The notes under the pieces: model-generated
The model's input: only the letters and a program-made list of their open reading frames with translations
Databases searched by the model: none
Told to the model about the DNA's origin: nothing
Shown: piece after piece, positions 20,096 to 29,600 of the stretch
Layout of the letters: each line of letters begins with the position of its first letter
Numbering within the stretch: the stretch's first letter is position 1
NCBI GenBank assembly: GCA_025699005.1
Contig: JAILWI010000002.1
Location: forward strand, 303,246-367,245
Reading direction: 5' to 3'
DNA from: Chloroflexota bacterium
Lineage (GTDB): Bacteria > Chloroflexota > Limnocylindria > QHBO01
Length of the DNA: 64,000 nt
Translations under genes and position numbers: made by a program

Positions 20096-20892
20096 TCGAC
20101 ACCGAGGCCCGCTCGGCGTTCGCACGAGCCGGTCAGCCGTCGGCGGAGGCGGCGGTCACCGTCGCGTACCTCGCAGGCCTGGCCGCGGCCGAACTGACGT
20201 TGGTGGCCGCCGGGCCGATTCCCGGCGCGCTGGCCCATGCGGCGCTCCTCCTCGGCCTGGCCATCCACGCAACGATGCTGCCGGATGCGCCGTACCAGCG
20301 GATGCTCGCCGCTATCACGCTCGCTCCCATGATCCGGCTGCTCAGCCTGCTCCTGCCGATCTCGGGCGTGCCCCCGGTCTTCTCCATCGCGCTCGTCGGT
20401 GGCCTGAGCCTCGTCGGAGTCGCCGTCGCGGTCCGTGTGCTCATGGTGCGATGGGCCGATCTCGGCTTCCGTCGTTTCGACTGGGGCGTTCAGTCGATCA
20501 TCGCCGCTGCGGGCTTTCCCTCGGGCCTGGCGATCTGGGTCGCAGCCCGCCCGTTAGCGGTCGTCCCCGAGCTGAGCATCGAATGGGTCGTGCTGAGCAT
20601 CGTGGTGTTCACCGTCTTCGTCGCCGGTGTCGAGGGCCTCGCATTTCGCGGCCTCATCCAGACCATGGCTCGTGAGCGGTTCGGGACCGTGGCGTCGATC
20701 GCCATCGCAACGCTCGTGCCGTCGGTCCTCCTCCTGAGCGCCCTCGACCCGATCGCGATCCTCCTGCTCACCGCGCTGAACCTGGCGCTGGCTTGGGCCG
20801 TCGACTGGAGCCGATCCACGGTGGGTGCCATCGGCGCCCACGCGCTCGCCCTGTTCGGGATGCTCGTGCTCTGGCCGCTCACTCTCGGATGA
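20092..20892 (+). CDS. CPBP family intramembrane metalloprotease (CAAX protease / bacteriocin-processing family)
   Basis: Polytopic protein with a degenerate EExxxR-like motif (GVEGLAFRGL) and a later His-containing helix (GAHALALFG). GTG start overlapping the upstream stop. Confidence 0.55.
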   Translation: MIDTEARSAFARAGQPSAEAAVTVAYLAGLAAAELTLVAAGPIPGALAHAALLLGLAIHATMLPDAPYQRMLAAITLAPMIRLLSLLLPISGVPPVFSIALVGGLSLVGVAVAVRVLMVRWADLGFRRFDWGVQSIIAAAGFPSGLAIWVAARPLAVVPELSIEWVVLSIVVFTVFVAGVEGLAFRGLIQTMARERFGTVASIAIATLVPSVLLLSALDPIAILLLTALNLALAWAVDWSRSTVGAIGAHALALFGMLVLWPLTLG

Positions 20893-23228
20893 GCACTACG
20901 GGCGACAGGCGCGGCCACCGCCGAAGCCGCCGCATCCTCGTCGGTCTGGTTCTCGGCGCACTGGTGCTCGTCAACGGGGCGCTCATCTGGTACGCCGTGA
21001 GCCGGCTGACGCCGGGCGATTCGGCCACTGCGAGTGCTCTGATCTATGCGCAGGGGAACGTCCGAGCCGGGCCCGGCTCGGCGGCGCCGCAGGTCGCAAC
21101 GATGCTCGGTCGACACAACTTCGACGCGCTGCTGATGCTGGGCGACCAGGTCTCCGGCATGGGAGCCCTCACCGAGTTCGAGGACGAGTATGACCCCGTC
21201 TTCGGCTCGTTCGCCCAGCGGACCCGACCCACACCGGGGGATGGCGAGTACTCGATCCCCGAGGCCCGCGGGTATTTCACGTACTTCACCGACCGAGGCC
21301 GGCACCTCGACCGTCGCCCGTACTACGCCTTCTCCTTCGGCGGATGGCGGCTCTACTCACTGAACTCCGAAATCGCGCATGGCACGCCCGACGCGCCCAT
21401 GTTCCAGTGGCTCTTGTCCGACCTGGAGGCGCGACCCAGCGACTGCATTCTGGCCTACTGGCACGGCGGCCACCGCGCCGACGGTGAGGCAACGGAGGGC
21501 ATGGAGCTGATCGAAACGGTCCTGGCGGCCCGCGGGGCCGAGATCATCCTCGATGCGTCGGAGCGTAACTACCAGCGACACGCGCCGAGATCCGGCGTGA
21601 CTCGCTTCGTCGTGGGCACGGGCGGTGAGGCACTCGAGCCGCTGCCAGCCGCCACGGATGGCGTGGCGTTCGCGGTCGATGACACGCACGGCTCGCTCGA
21701 GCTGGTCCTGCGGCCGGGCGTCGCGCGGTACGGGTTTCGGACCGTTGACGACAAACTGATCGACGAGGGGGAGTTGCGCTGCCAGCCGCCCGACGGTGGC
21801 CCGGACGAGGTCCCGCCCACGCTGCCGACCGACGCGCAGTACGAAGCCGGGGAGACGGGGGACCGGATCACCTGGGGCGCGAGCACCGACGACCGTGGGC
21901 TGCTCGGGTACGTGGTGACCCGCGGCCTCGATCCCGTTGCCTTCACCACCGAGCCGATGATCGACCTCCCGCCGGCGAGCGGTACCGCCGTGTACGGTGT
22001 GGCGGCCATCGATCAAGCGGGCAATCTCTCGGACGCCGTCCGCGCCGCAGGCACCGCCACGACGGCCGGGTTCCGCGACTTCGAGTGGGGGACGCTCGAC
22101 GAGAACCCGGTTGCGCCGACCGCCGACAAGGCCCAGAGCAAGGTGTGGTGGCACGACGGAAGCTGGTGGGGGCTGCTGTTCCGGCCCGGGAGCGCTGACA
22201 CGCGCGGCTTCCACATCATGCGCCTCGATGGGGCCAGTCAGAGCTGGGTCGACACGGGAGCCCGCGCCGATGAGCGCGATCGCAGCCGCGCCGACGTGCT
22301 GTGGGACGAATCGGCGGAGAAGCTCTACATCCTCTCAACGGCCAGGCGTGGGTCGATCAAGCTTTACCGCTACTCGTACGAGTCGGGTGCCTTCGCATTG
22401 GACGAGGGCTATCCGGCGCGTATCAGCGAGGATGGCTCGGAATCGGTGGCGATCGCACGCGACTCGAATGGTGTCCTGTGGGCCACCGCCACGAAGACAC
22501 CCGAGGGCGGTCAGTGCGTCGAGGAGAGTCCATGCACCGTGCAGGTCGCGCACTCGCTCGATCGCGATTTCCGCTGGACGCCATTTACGACACTGCCGTT
22601 CGATCAGGCGACCGTCTCACCCGACGACATCTCGGCGGTCGCGGCCTACGGCGAGGATGAGATTGGCGTCATCTTCTCGAACCAGGCGGTCGGTGGCTTC
22701 TTCTTCGCGAGCCGCGCCGACGACGCGGCGGACGACGAGTGGACGATCGAGGTCATCGAGGAGAATCCGCGCGTCTCGGACGATCACATGAACTTCAAGG
22801 TCGACGCTCAGGGGAGGCCGGTCGTCGTCGGCAAGACATCCCTGAATGATCCGGCGAACGCACCCCCGGACCTCGCCCTGGTCACGCTCTACATTCGGGA
22901 AGGGGAGAACCAGTGGCGACGTGCGACCATCTGGACCGTGGCCGATGACGTCACCCGCCCACAGGTCGTCGTCACGGAGGACGAGATCGTCGCCGTTGCC
23001 GCCTATCCCTCGGGCGGAGGAGCCATCTACGCGAAGCGGGCGCCGCTCACGGATCCCGTGTTCGTTCCTGGCCTCGGGGACCTCCTGATGACCGACGCCG
23101 ACCTCAACAACCCGACGATGACCAAGCAGCTGATCACCGTAGAGATGGGATCGCCCCTGGTCCTAGCCAGCGCCGATGAGACGCGCACGTACTGGCATGC
23201 GGTCGTCGGGTCGGGGCCGCCCGAATGA
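20889..23228 (+). CDS. membrane-anchored calcineurin-like metallophosphoesterase (purple-acid-phosphatase-like) fused to a propeller-like domain (WWHDGSWWG)
   Basis: ATGA overlap with the CPBP gene. N-terminal TM anchor. MPP motifs: LMLGDQVSG, PGDGEY, YYAFSFGGWRLYSLNSE, ILAYWHGGHRAD, VVGTGGE. C-terminal half is paralogous to the N-terminal domain of the 15183-17663 protein (KVWWHDGSWWGLLF..., BNR-like DSNGVLWATAT). Confidence 0.65.
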   Translation: MSTTGDRRGHRRSRRILVGLVLGALVLVNGALIWYAVSRLTPGDSATASALIYAQGNVRAGPGSAAPQVATMLGRHNFDALLMLGDQVSGMGALTEFEDEYDPVFGSFAQRTRPTPGDGEYSIPEARGYFTYFTDRGRHLDRRPYYAFSFGGWRLYSLNSEIAHGTPDAPMFQWLLSDLEARPSDCILAYWHGGHRADGEATEGMELIETVLAARGAEIILDASERNYQRHAPRSGVTRFVVGTGGEALEPLPAATDGVAFAVDDTHGSLELVLRPGVARYGFRTVDDKLIDEGELRCQPPDGGPDEVPPTLPTDAQYEAGETGDRITWGASTDDRGLLGYVVTRGLDPVAFTTEPMIDLPPASGTAVYGVAAIDQAGNLSDAVRAAGTATTAGFRDFEWGTLDENPVAPTADKAQSKVWWHDGSWWGLLFRPGSADTRGFHIMRLDGASQSWVDTGARADERDRSRADVLWDESAEKLYILSTARRGSIKLYRYSYESGAFALDEGYPARISEDGSESVAIARDSNGVLWATATKTPEGGQCVEESPCTVQVAHSLDRDFRWTPFTTLPFDQATVSPDDISAVAAYGEDEIGVIFSNQAVGGFFFASRADDAADDEWTIEVIEENPRVSDDHMNFKVDAQGRPVVVGKTSLNDPANAPPDLALVTLYIREGENQWRRATIWTVADDVTRPQVVVTEDEIVAVAAYPSGGGAIYAKRAPLTDPVFVPGLGDLLMTDADLNNPTMTKQLITVEMGSPLVLASADETRTYWHAVVGSGPPE

Positions 23229-23238
23229 GGTCGGACCG

Positions 23239-24366
23239 ATGATCGTCACGATGCCCGGACCGGTGACCCTGCATATCGCCAGCCACGACGAGCGTGTTCG
23301 GTCGGTGGTCCTGGAGCAGCTCGACCCGTTTCGCGGCGCCGAACCGCCAGAGGGCGCCCCCGCGGACGTTGTGATCGAGGACCTCGATCCGGCCGCCGTG
23401 CGGGTGTCCGAGATGCAGCGGTTGGCGGGGGACGGCTTCGAGACTGTGAGCGACGGCACCAGCCTGTACGCGGTGACCGGCGACACCCTGTGCCGCCTGC
23501 CGGACGCCGCGGGGGACGGGCCGCTCCGGTTCGCCGTCGGCCCCGGATTCCCGCTGCGGCCGATGTTCCGGTCGATGGTTCGCCCGACGCTCCAGGCACG
23601 GATGCTGGATCGCGGTGCCCTGGCGATCCATGGCGCCTGCGTGCATCACGGTGATGGGGCCGTGCTCGTGACCGGGTGGTCGGAGAGCGGGAAGACGGAG
23701 ACGGCGCTCGCCCTGCTGGAGCGGGGTGCGACCTTCGTTTCAGACAAGTGGACCGTGGTGGAGCCCGGGGCGCGCGCAGGGACGTTTCCGGTCGGGGTCG
23801 GGATTCGGCGCTGGATGCTTCCGTACGCCCCCAAGCTCGCGAACCATCTGCCACGCGCTGCTCGGATGCAGCTGACGGGAGCCGGAGTCGCGGGAGCGGT
23901 TTCATCACCGGTCCGCCGCATGCAGCCCCGCGGCCGGCTCGGCCGCTTGCTCGTCGGGACGGTCGATCGGGCGGTGCAGCTGGCCGACCGGGTGGCTCTG
24001 ACGCCGACCGATCTCGCGACGATCTACGGCTCGCCCGGAGATCCGGACGCAACGTGGCCGATCCGCGGCGTCGTCATCCTGCGCACCGTGCCGGGCGACG
24101 AGGTGTCCGCAGGGACGGTCGACGTGAGCGCGATCGCTCGACGGCTGGCATGGTCCGCGATGGTCGAGCGCGCCGAGTTCCACGCCTATCGTCACCGTGC
24201 GGCCTACGCGCTCGCCTGGGGCGAGGACGACCTCGCGCGTCGGATGTTCGACATCGAGTCGTCCCGCATCGGCGCGTTGCTGGCGGAAGTCCCGAGCGTA
24301 GAGGTTGCGGCGCCCTTCCCGATGGACCCCGGTCGCATCGTGGACGCAGCCCTAACAAGACTGTGA
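23239..24366 (+). CDS. HprK/P C-terminal-domain-like P-loop kinase (HprK-related kinase)
   Basis: Walker A-like GWSESGKTETALALLERGATFVSDKWTVV resembles the HprK/P nucleotide-binding loop (GxSGxGKSExALEL...GH.LVaDD). There is no N-terminal HprK domain and no PTS genes nearby. Confidence 0.6.
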   Translation: MIVTMPGPVTLHIASHDERVRSVVLEQLDPFRGAEPPEGAPADVVIEDLDPAAVRVSEMQRLAGDGFETVSDGTSLYAVTGDTLCRLPDAAGDGPLRFAVGPGFPLRPMFRSMVRPTLQARMLDRGALAIHGACVHHGDGAVLVTGWSESGKTETALALLERGATFVSDKWTVVEPGARAGTFPVGVGIRRWMLPYAPKLANHLPRAARMQLTGAGVAGAVSSPVRRMQPRGRLGRLLVGTVDRAVQLADRVALTPTDLATIYGSPGDPDATWPIRGVVILRTVPGDEVSAGTVDVSAIARRLAWSAMVERAEFHAYRHRAAYALAWGEDDLARRMFDIESSRIGALLAEVPSVEVAAPFPMDPGRIVDAALTRL

Positions 24367-25379
24367 GCGCCGGCGATCGGGTGGTGCTCGACACCGAGCC
24401 CGTCCCGGGCGTGCCACTCCGCATCCGGGGAGACGGTGCGGTGGTCGATCACTTCCGCCGTGAGTATGGCTCCGGCGACGTGATCGGCGGTGCCGCGCCG
24501 GCGCTGGACGTGACGTTCGGTGCGGCCCCGGCCGGTGCCACGCCACCGACGATCGTGGGCCGTCACAAGACGGTCGGTTGGAAGGTGTGGCCTCCGCGGC
24601 CCCAGACCGATGATCCCGCCATGGAGATCATGCTGTCCGGTCGGCCGCGCTGGTTCGCGCTCTCGCTCGTGCAGGGGTACATCGTTGAGCCGATGCTCTC
24701 GCTGGCAGCCGCCCGGCGTCGGTCAGTACTGCTGCCCGCCGCGGCCATCGCGTCACCCAACGGCGCCGCGGTGCTCGTGGGTCGCTCACGGACGGGCAAG
24801 AGCTCCGTGTGCGCGATGGCCCTGGCGAACGGGCATGCGGTGCTCGGGGACGACCAGGTCGTCATCGATGCCAGCGGGGTCTCGCGGTTCCCGCGCCGTA
24901 TGCGGTTCTACGATGACCTGGAGCGCACGGCACCGTCGGCGTTCCGACGGCTCACGGCGACGCATCGCGCCTCGCTGCTGATCCGGCGTGTCGTGCGAAT
25001 CGGGACTCGCGGCCTGGTTGCGCCGTCACTTGCCGTTCCGGCCGAGGATCTCGGCCAGGTTGCGTGGGGTCCGCTGCCGGCCACACGCGTGTTCTGGATC
25101 GAGCGCGGCGCCAAGGGGGATGCGCTCCACCGTCGCGACCTGTCCCTCGACGAGCTGCTCGACGCGTCCTCGGCGATTCTGGCCGCGCAGCGCCAGGCGC
25201 TCGGCGCATGGACGGACCAGGCACCGAGCGTGAGCCTCAGAGCGATCGGCGACGGCGAGCGGGCAACGCTCGCCGCAGCGTTCGCCGACGCATCGCTCGA
25301 GCGCCTCGCGATTCCCGACGCGTGGGACGCGTCGAGATCCGTGCGGGAGGTGGCGCGGGTGGTTGGTGTTGCGTCGTGA
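24363..25379 (+). CDS. HprK/P C-terminal-domain-like P-loop kinase (second paralog)
   Basis: GTGA overlap with the previous gene. VLVGRSRTGKSSVCAMALANGHAVLGDDQVVID closely matches the HprK/P P-loop plus the downstream GH..DD segment. Confidence 0.6.
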   Translation: MSAGDRVVLDTEPVPGVPLRIRGDGAVVDHFRREYGSGDVIGGAAPALDVTFGAAPAGATPPTIVGRHKTVGWKVWPPRPQTDDPAMEIMLSGRPRWFALSLVQGYIVEPMLSLAAARRRSVLLPAAAIASPNGAAVLVGRSRTGKSSVCAMALANGHAVLGDDQVVIDASGVSRFPRRMRFYDDLERTAPSAFRRLTATHRASLLIRRVVRIGTRGLVAPSLAVPAEDLGQVAWGPLPATRVFWIERGAKGDALHRRDLSLDELLDASSAILAAQRQALGAWTDQAPSVSLRAIGDGERATLAAAFADASLERLAIPDAWDASRSVREVARVVGVAS

Positions 25380-26302
25380 TGGTCCCCTGGCATTTCTCCG
25401 TCGTGTTCGTCGTCCTGGGCGCTGTCCTGACCGCGTGCCAGTCCTCGAGCGCACCGACGCCACAGGCCACGGTCAGCCACGCGGCGACGACACCGAGCAT
25501 GGAGCCCGCCACGCCGCCGCCGTCGGGAAGCACGGTGCCGGCGCGTCCGAGCCGCGTGTTCGCGGTCGGCGACATGGCGAGCGACAACGATCGAGACGAG
25601 CGGGTCGTGAACATGATCGAATCCCATGATCCGGACGCCCTGCTGGCGCTGGGCGATCTCGTCTACCCCGACGGGACGATCGAGAACTACAGCGCGTTCT
25701 ATGCGACGAGCTACGGCACCTTCGACGGCATCGTGTGGCCGACGCCGGGCAACCACGACTACGTGGAGGACGACCTCTCCGGCTACCGCGCGTACTTCGG
25801 CACGCACGCGCCGCACGTGCCGGATGCGCCGTACTACGAGTTCGAACTGGGCGGCTGGCATTTGTTCGCGCTCAACTCGGAGATCGGCGAGGGTGAGGCG
25901 GGCAGCGACCAGTACGCGTGGCTCGAGGAGCGCTTGGAGGGCCGGGACGAGGCCTGCGTGGCGGCGTACTGGCACTCGCCGGTGTACACCATCGGCCGCA
26001 AGCCGTTCGACGAGGACGGCATGCTCGAGCTGCTGGAGCTGCTGATGGAGCACGACGTCGATCTCGTGCTGACCGGCCACGACCACAACTACCAGCGCTG
26101 GGAGCTCGACGGGCTCGCGTACTTCGTGGTCGGCACAGGGGGCCGATCGCGATACGACCTCGAGCGGACCGATGACCGCGTGATGGCCGCCACGGATGAC
26201 GAGAACGGAGCCCTCGAGTTGGTGCTCGAACCCGGCGGCGCGGCCTTCCGGTATTTCACCATGAGGGACGAGATCTTCGACCGGGGCAGCATCACCTGCT
26301 GA
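25379..26302 (+). CDS. calcineurin-like metallophosphoesterase lipoprotein (purple-acid-phosphatase-like)
   Basis: Start overlaps the upstream stop. Lipobox LTAC after the signal peptide. MPP motifs GDMASDND, GDLVYPDG, GNHDY, LTGHDHNYQR, VVGTGG. Confidence 0.7.
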   Translation: MVPWHFSVVFVVLGAVLTACQSSSAPTPQATVSHAATTPSMEPATPPPSGSTVPARPSRVFAVGDMASDNDRDERVVNMIESHDPDALLALGDLVYPDGTIENYSAFYATSYGTFDGIVWPTPGNHDYVEDDLSGYRAYFGTHAPHVPDAPYYEFELGGWHLFALNSEIGEGEAGSDQYAWLEERLEGRDEACVAAYWHSPVYTIGRKPFDEDGMLELLELLMEHDVDLVLTGHDHNYQRWELDGLAYFVVGTGGRSRYDLERTDDRVMAATDDENGALELVLEPGGAAFRYFTMRDEIFDRGSITC

Positions 26303-26307
26303 CCCCG

Positions 26308-26350
26308 GAGTGGTGCCAGCTGTCACCACTCGCCAGTACGAAAGTACTGG
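26308..26350. terminator. two consecutive perfect-stem hairpins/palindromes immediately after the 25379-26302 gene
   Basis: GAGTGGTG-CCAGCTGT-CACCACTC (26308-26331) then CCAGTAC-GAAA-GTACTGG (26333-26350). Likely terminator and/or operator between the phosphoesterase operon and the RND locus. Confidence 0.35.
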
Positions 26351-26600
26351 ACAAACCGGGACCGATCTGCACATCATCGGCCCACGTCGGATGAGACGCC
26401 GGGTGCACTCCGAGCACACCAGGCGACGGGGGAACCGACACGGAGGATAGGGACCGTGCATCGCCCGAGGATGCGCCGTACCGGCTCTCTCGCTGCTGCG
26501 GCGAACGATCCGCGCGACCTGGGAAGCATCGGCTGACCATGCCTCGCATGCTGCCCGCCAGGCCGTTCCGAACCAGCATCCACCATCCGGTGACTGCGTG

Positions 26601-29600
26601 ATGGCAGGCATCGTCCGCTGGAGCCTACGCTTCCGCCGGCTCGTCGTGGCACTCGCCGCGGTCACGATCATCTTCGGCTTCACCCAGCTGTCGAGCGCGC
26701 CGGTCGACACCCTGCCCGAGTTCTCGCCACCGTACGTGGAGGTGCAGACCGAGGCCCTGGGCCTGTCCGCCGAGGAGGTGGAGCAGCTCATCACCGTGCC
26801 GCTCGAGGCCGACCTGCTCAACGGCGTGGCGTGGCTGGACAAGATCGAGTCGCAGTCCGTCCAGGGCCTCTCGTCGATCGTGATGACCTTCGAGCCAGGC
26901 ACGGACCCGATCCGCGCCCGGCAGGTCGTGGCGGAGCGCCTGACCCAGGCCCACGCCCTTCCGAACGTCTCCAAGCCGCCGGTCATGCTGCAGCCGCTCT
27001 CGTCGTCGAACCGCGTGCTGATGATCAGCCTGACGTCGGACGAGCTGTCGCTGATTGACATGTCGGTGCTCGCGCGCTGGACCGTCAAGCCGCGACTGCT
27101 CGGTGTCCCCGGGGTGGCCAACGTGTCCATCTGGGGCCAGCGGGAGCGCCAGCTCCAGGTCCTCGTCGACCCGCATCACCTGCAGGCGGCGGGCGTGTCC
27201 CTCGACGAGGTGGTCGAGACGGCCGGCAACGCGCTGTGGGTCTCCCCCTTGAGCTTCCTCGAGGCCTCGACCCCCGGCACGGGCGGCTTTATCGACACCC
27301 CGAACCAGCGGCTCGGGGTGCAGCACGTGCTGCCGATCGACTCGGCCGATGACCTCGCCCAGGTCACGGTCGCCAGCGAGGACGCCCGGTACCGCCTAGG
27401 GGACGTCGCCACGGTGGTGGAGGACCATCAGCCGCTCATCGGCGACGCCATCGTCGGCGAGGGCGACGGCCTGCTTCTCGTCGTCGAGAAGTTCCCCGGC
27501 ACCGACACCCTGACCGTCACGCGCGACGTCGAGGACGCCATGGCGGCGCTCGCGCCCGCGATCACCGGGATCGACGTGGACACCACGCTCTTCCGGCCGG
27601 CGACGTTCCTGGAGCAGGCGCTCGACAACGTCACGCTGGCCATCCTCATCGGCCTCATCCTGGCGATCGCCGTGATCACGGCACTGCTCCGCGACTGGCG
27701 TGCGGGCGTGGTCAGCCTGGTCACGATTCCGCTGTCGCTGGTGCTCGGGGGCCTCGTGCTCCTGGCGCTCGGCGCGACGTTCAACGCCATGGTCGCCGCA
27801 GGCCTCGTCGTCGCGCTCGCCATCGTCATCGACGACACGGTGACGACGAGCGCCAGCATCAGGGCACGCGCCGATGGGGCCTCCGGCGGCACGGACGAGG
27901 CGTCGACCCTCGCGCGCACCGTGCGCGGCGTGATCGCCGTCCGCGGCACCACCTTCTACACCCTGGTGGTGCTCGGACTGAGCGTCATTCCGCTGTTCTT
28001 CGTCGGCTCGGAGCTGGGGGCCATGCTCCCGTCGCTCGCCACGGCGCTCATCGTCGCCCTGCTGGCGTCGGTGCTCGTTTCGATCACGGTCGCCCCGGCC
28101 CTGGCCTTCATGCTCGGCAGTGGCCGCCCCGCGCCGGCGCGCGAGACGCGCCTCATCGCCCGCGGGCAGGCCGCCTACGGCACCACGCTGACCCGCGTGC
28201 TCGATCGGTCGAGGCCGATGCTCCTGGGGGTATCGGCCGTCGCCGTGGTCGCCGTCCTCGGCTTTGGCGCATGGGTCGCCCCCGGCGTCGCGAGCTCGGC
28301 CACGCCGGAGTTCCGCGATCGCAACATTCTGGTCCACTGGGACGGCGCGCCCGGATCCTCACACGGGGCCATGCGCCGCATCGTGGCGGAGGCCAGTGCC
28401 GACCTGCGCGCCATCCCGGGCCTCGAGAACGTCGGGGCCCACATCGGGCGGGCCATTTTCTCCGACCAGGTGGGAGGCATCAACGACGGCGATATCTGGC
28501 TGACCATCGCGCCCGACGCCGACTATTCGGCGACGGTGGCCGCGGTCGAGCAGGTGGTCGCCGGGTTCCCCGGCATGAGCCGGGGGGTGGCAACCTACGG
28601 CGCCGATCGCGTGGAGCAGATCGTGGGCACGGAGACCGACGACATCGTGGTCCGCGTGTACGGCGAGGATCAGGCGGTCCTGGGGACGCAGGCAGATGCG
28701 GTGCTCGGTGCCGTGCGCACCATTCCGGGCGTTGCGGAGGCGCGCATCGACGCCCCGACCATGGAGCCGACCGTTCGGATCACCGTTGACCTCGCGGCCG
28801 CCGAGCTCAATGGCCTGACGCCCGGCGCCGTGCGCCGGACGGCGACGACTCTGCTCTCGGGCCTGGAGGTCGGCAGCCTCTTCGAGGGCCAGAAGGTCTT
28901 CGAGGTCGTGGTCTGGGGCGTCCCCGCACTGCGGGAGAATCTCTCGACCATCCAGGCCCTGCCGATCGAGACGTCCACCGGCCGGATGGTGACCCTCGCT
29001 GACGTCGCCGACATCGAGATCGCGCCGGCGCCGGTCAGCATCTATCGCGAGGGCGTGCAGCGCGTGCTCGACGTCGCCATCTCGGTGGCGGGTCGTGACG
29101 TCGGCGGCGTGCTGCGCGATGTCGAGACGGCCCTGGCCGGCGTGGCGTTCCCCGTGGAGACGCACGCCGAGGTGCTGGGCCTCACCGCGGAGCGCTCGGC
29201 TCAGCAGGGCGCGCTTCTCGCCGTGGGAGCGGCGGCCCTCATCGGCATCCTGCTCGTGCTCCAGGCCGCGCTCGTCAGCTGGCGTGTCGCGGCGCTCGTG
29301 CTCCTCAGCCTGCCGGCGGCACTGTCGGGCGGCATCGTGGTGGCGCTCGTGTTGGGCACGCAGGCCACGTTCGGGGCACTGCTCGGGCTGCTGGCGGTGC
29401 TCGCCATCGCCGTGAAGCAGGCGCTGCTGCTCATGGACCATTACCGCGACCTCGAGGCCGGCGGAGCGACGCGGGACGAGTGGCTCGTGATCCGGGGAGC
29501 CCGGGAGCGAATGGTGCCGACGGTGACCACCGCGCTCGCCGTCGCGGCGGCCCTGGTGCCGTTCGCGATCCTCGGCAACCAGGCGGGAGCCGAGATCATT

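Noticed and set aside
20793-20888. Upstream extension of the phosphoesterase-propeller gene to ATG 20793
   Set aside because: It would overlap the CPBP gene by 100 nt. ATG 20889 gives the ATGA coupling pattern seen throughout this operon and is followed by a TM anchor.
24908-27130. 740-aa minus-strand ORF
   Set aside because: Antisense to the HprK-like B, phosphoesterase and RND genes. The product is Arg/Ala-rich low-complexity with no motifs.
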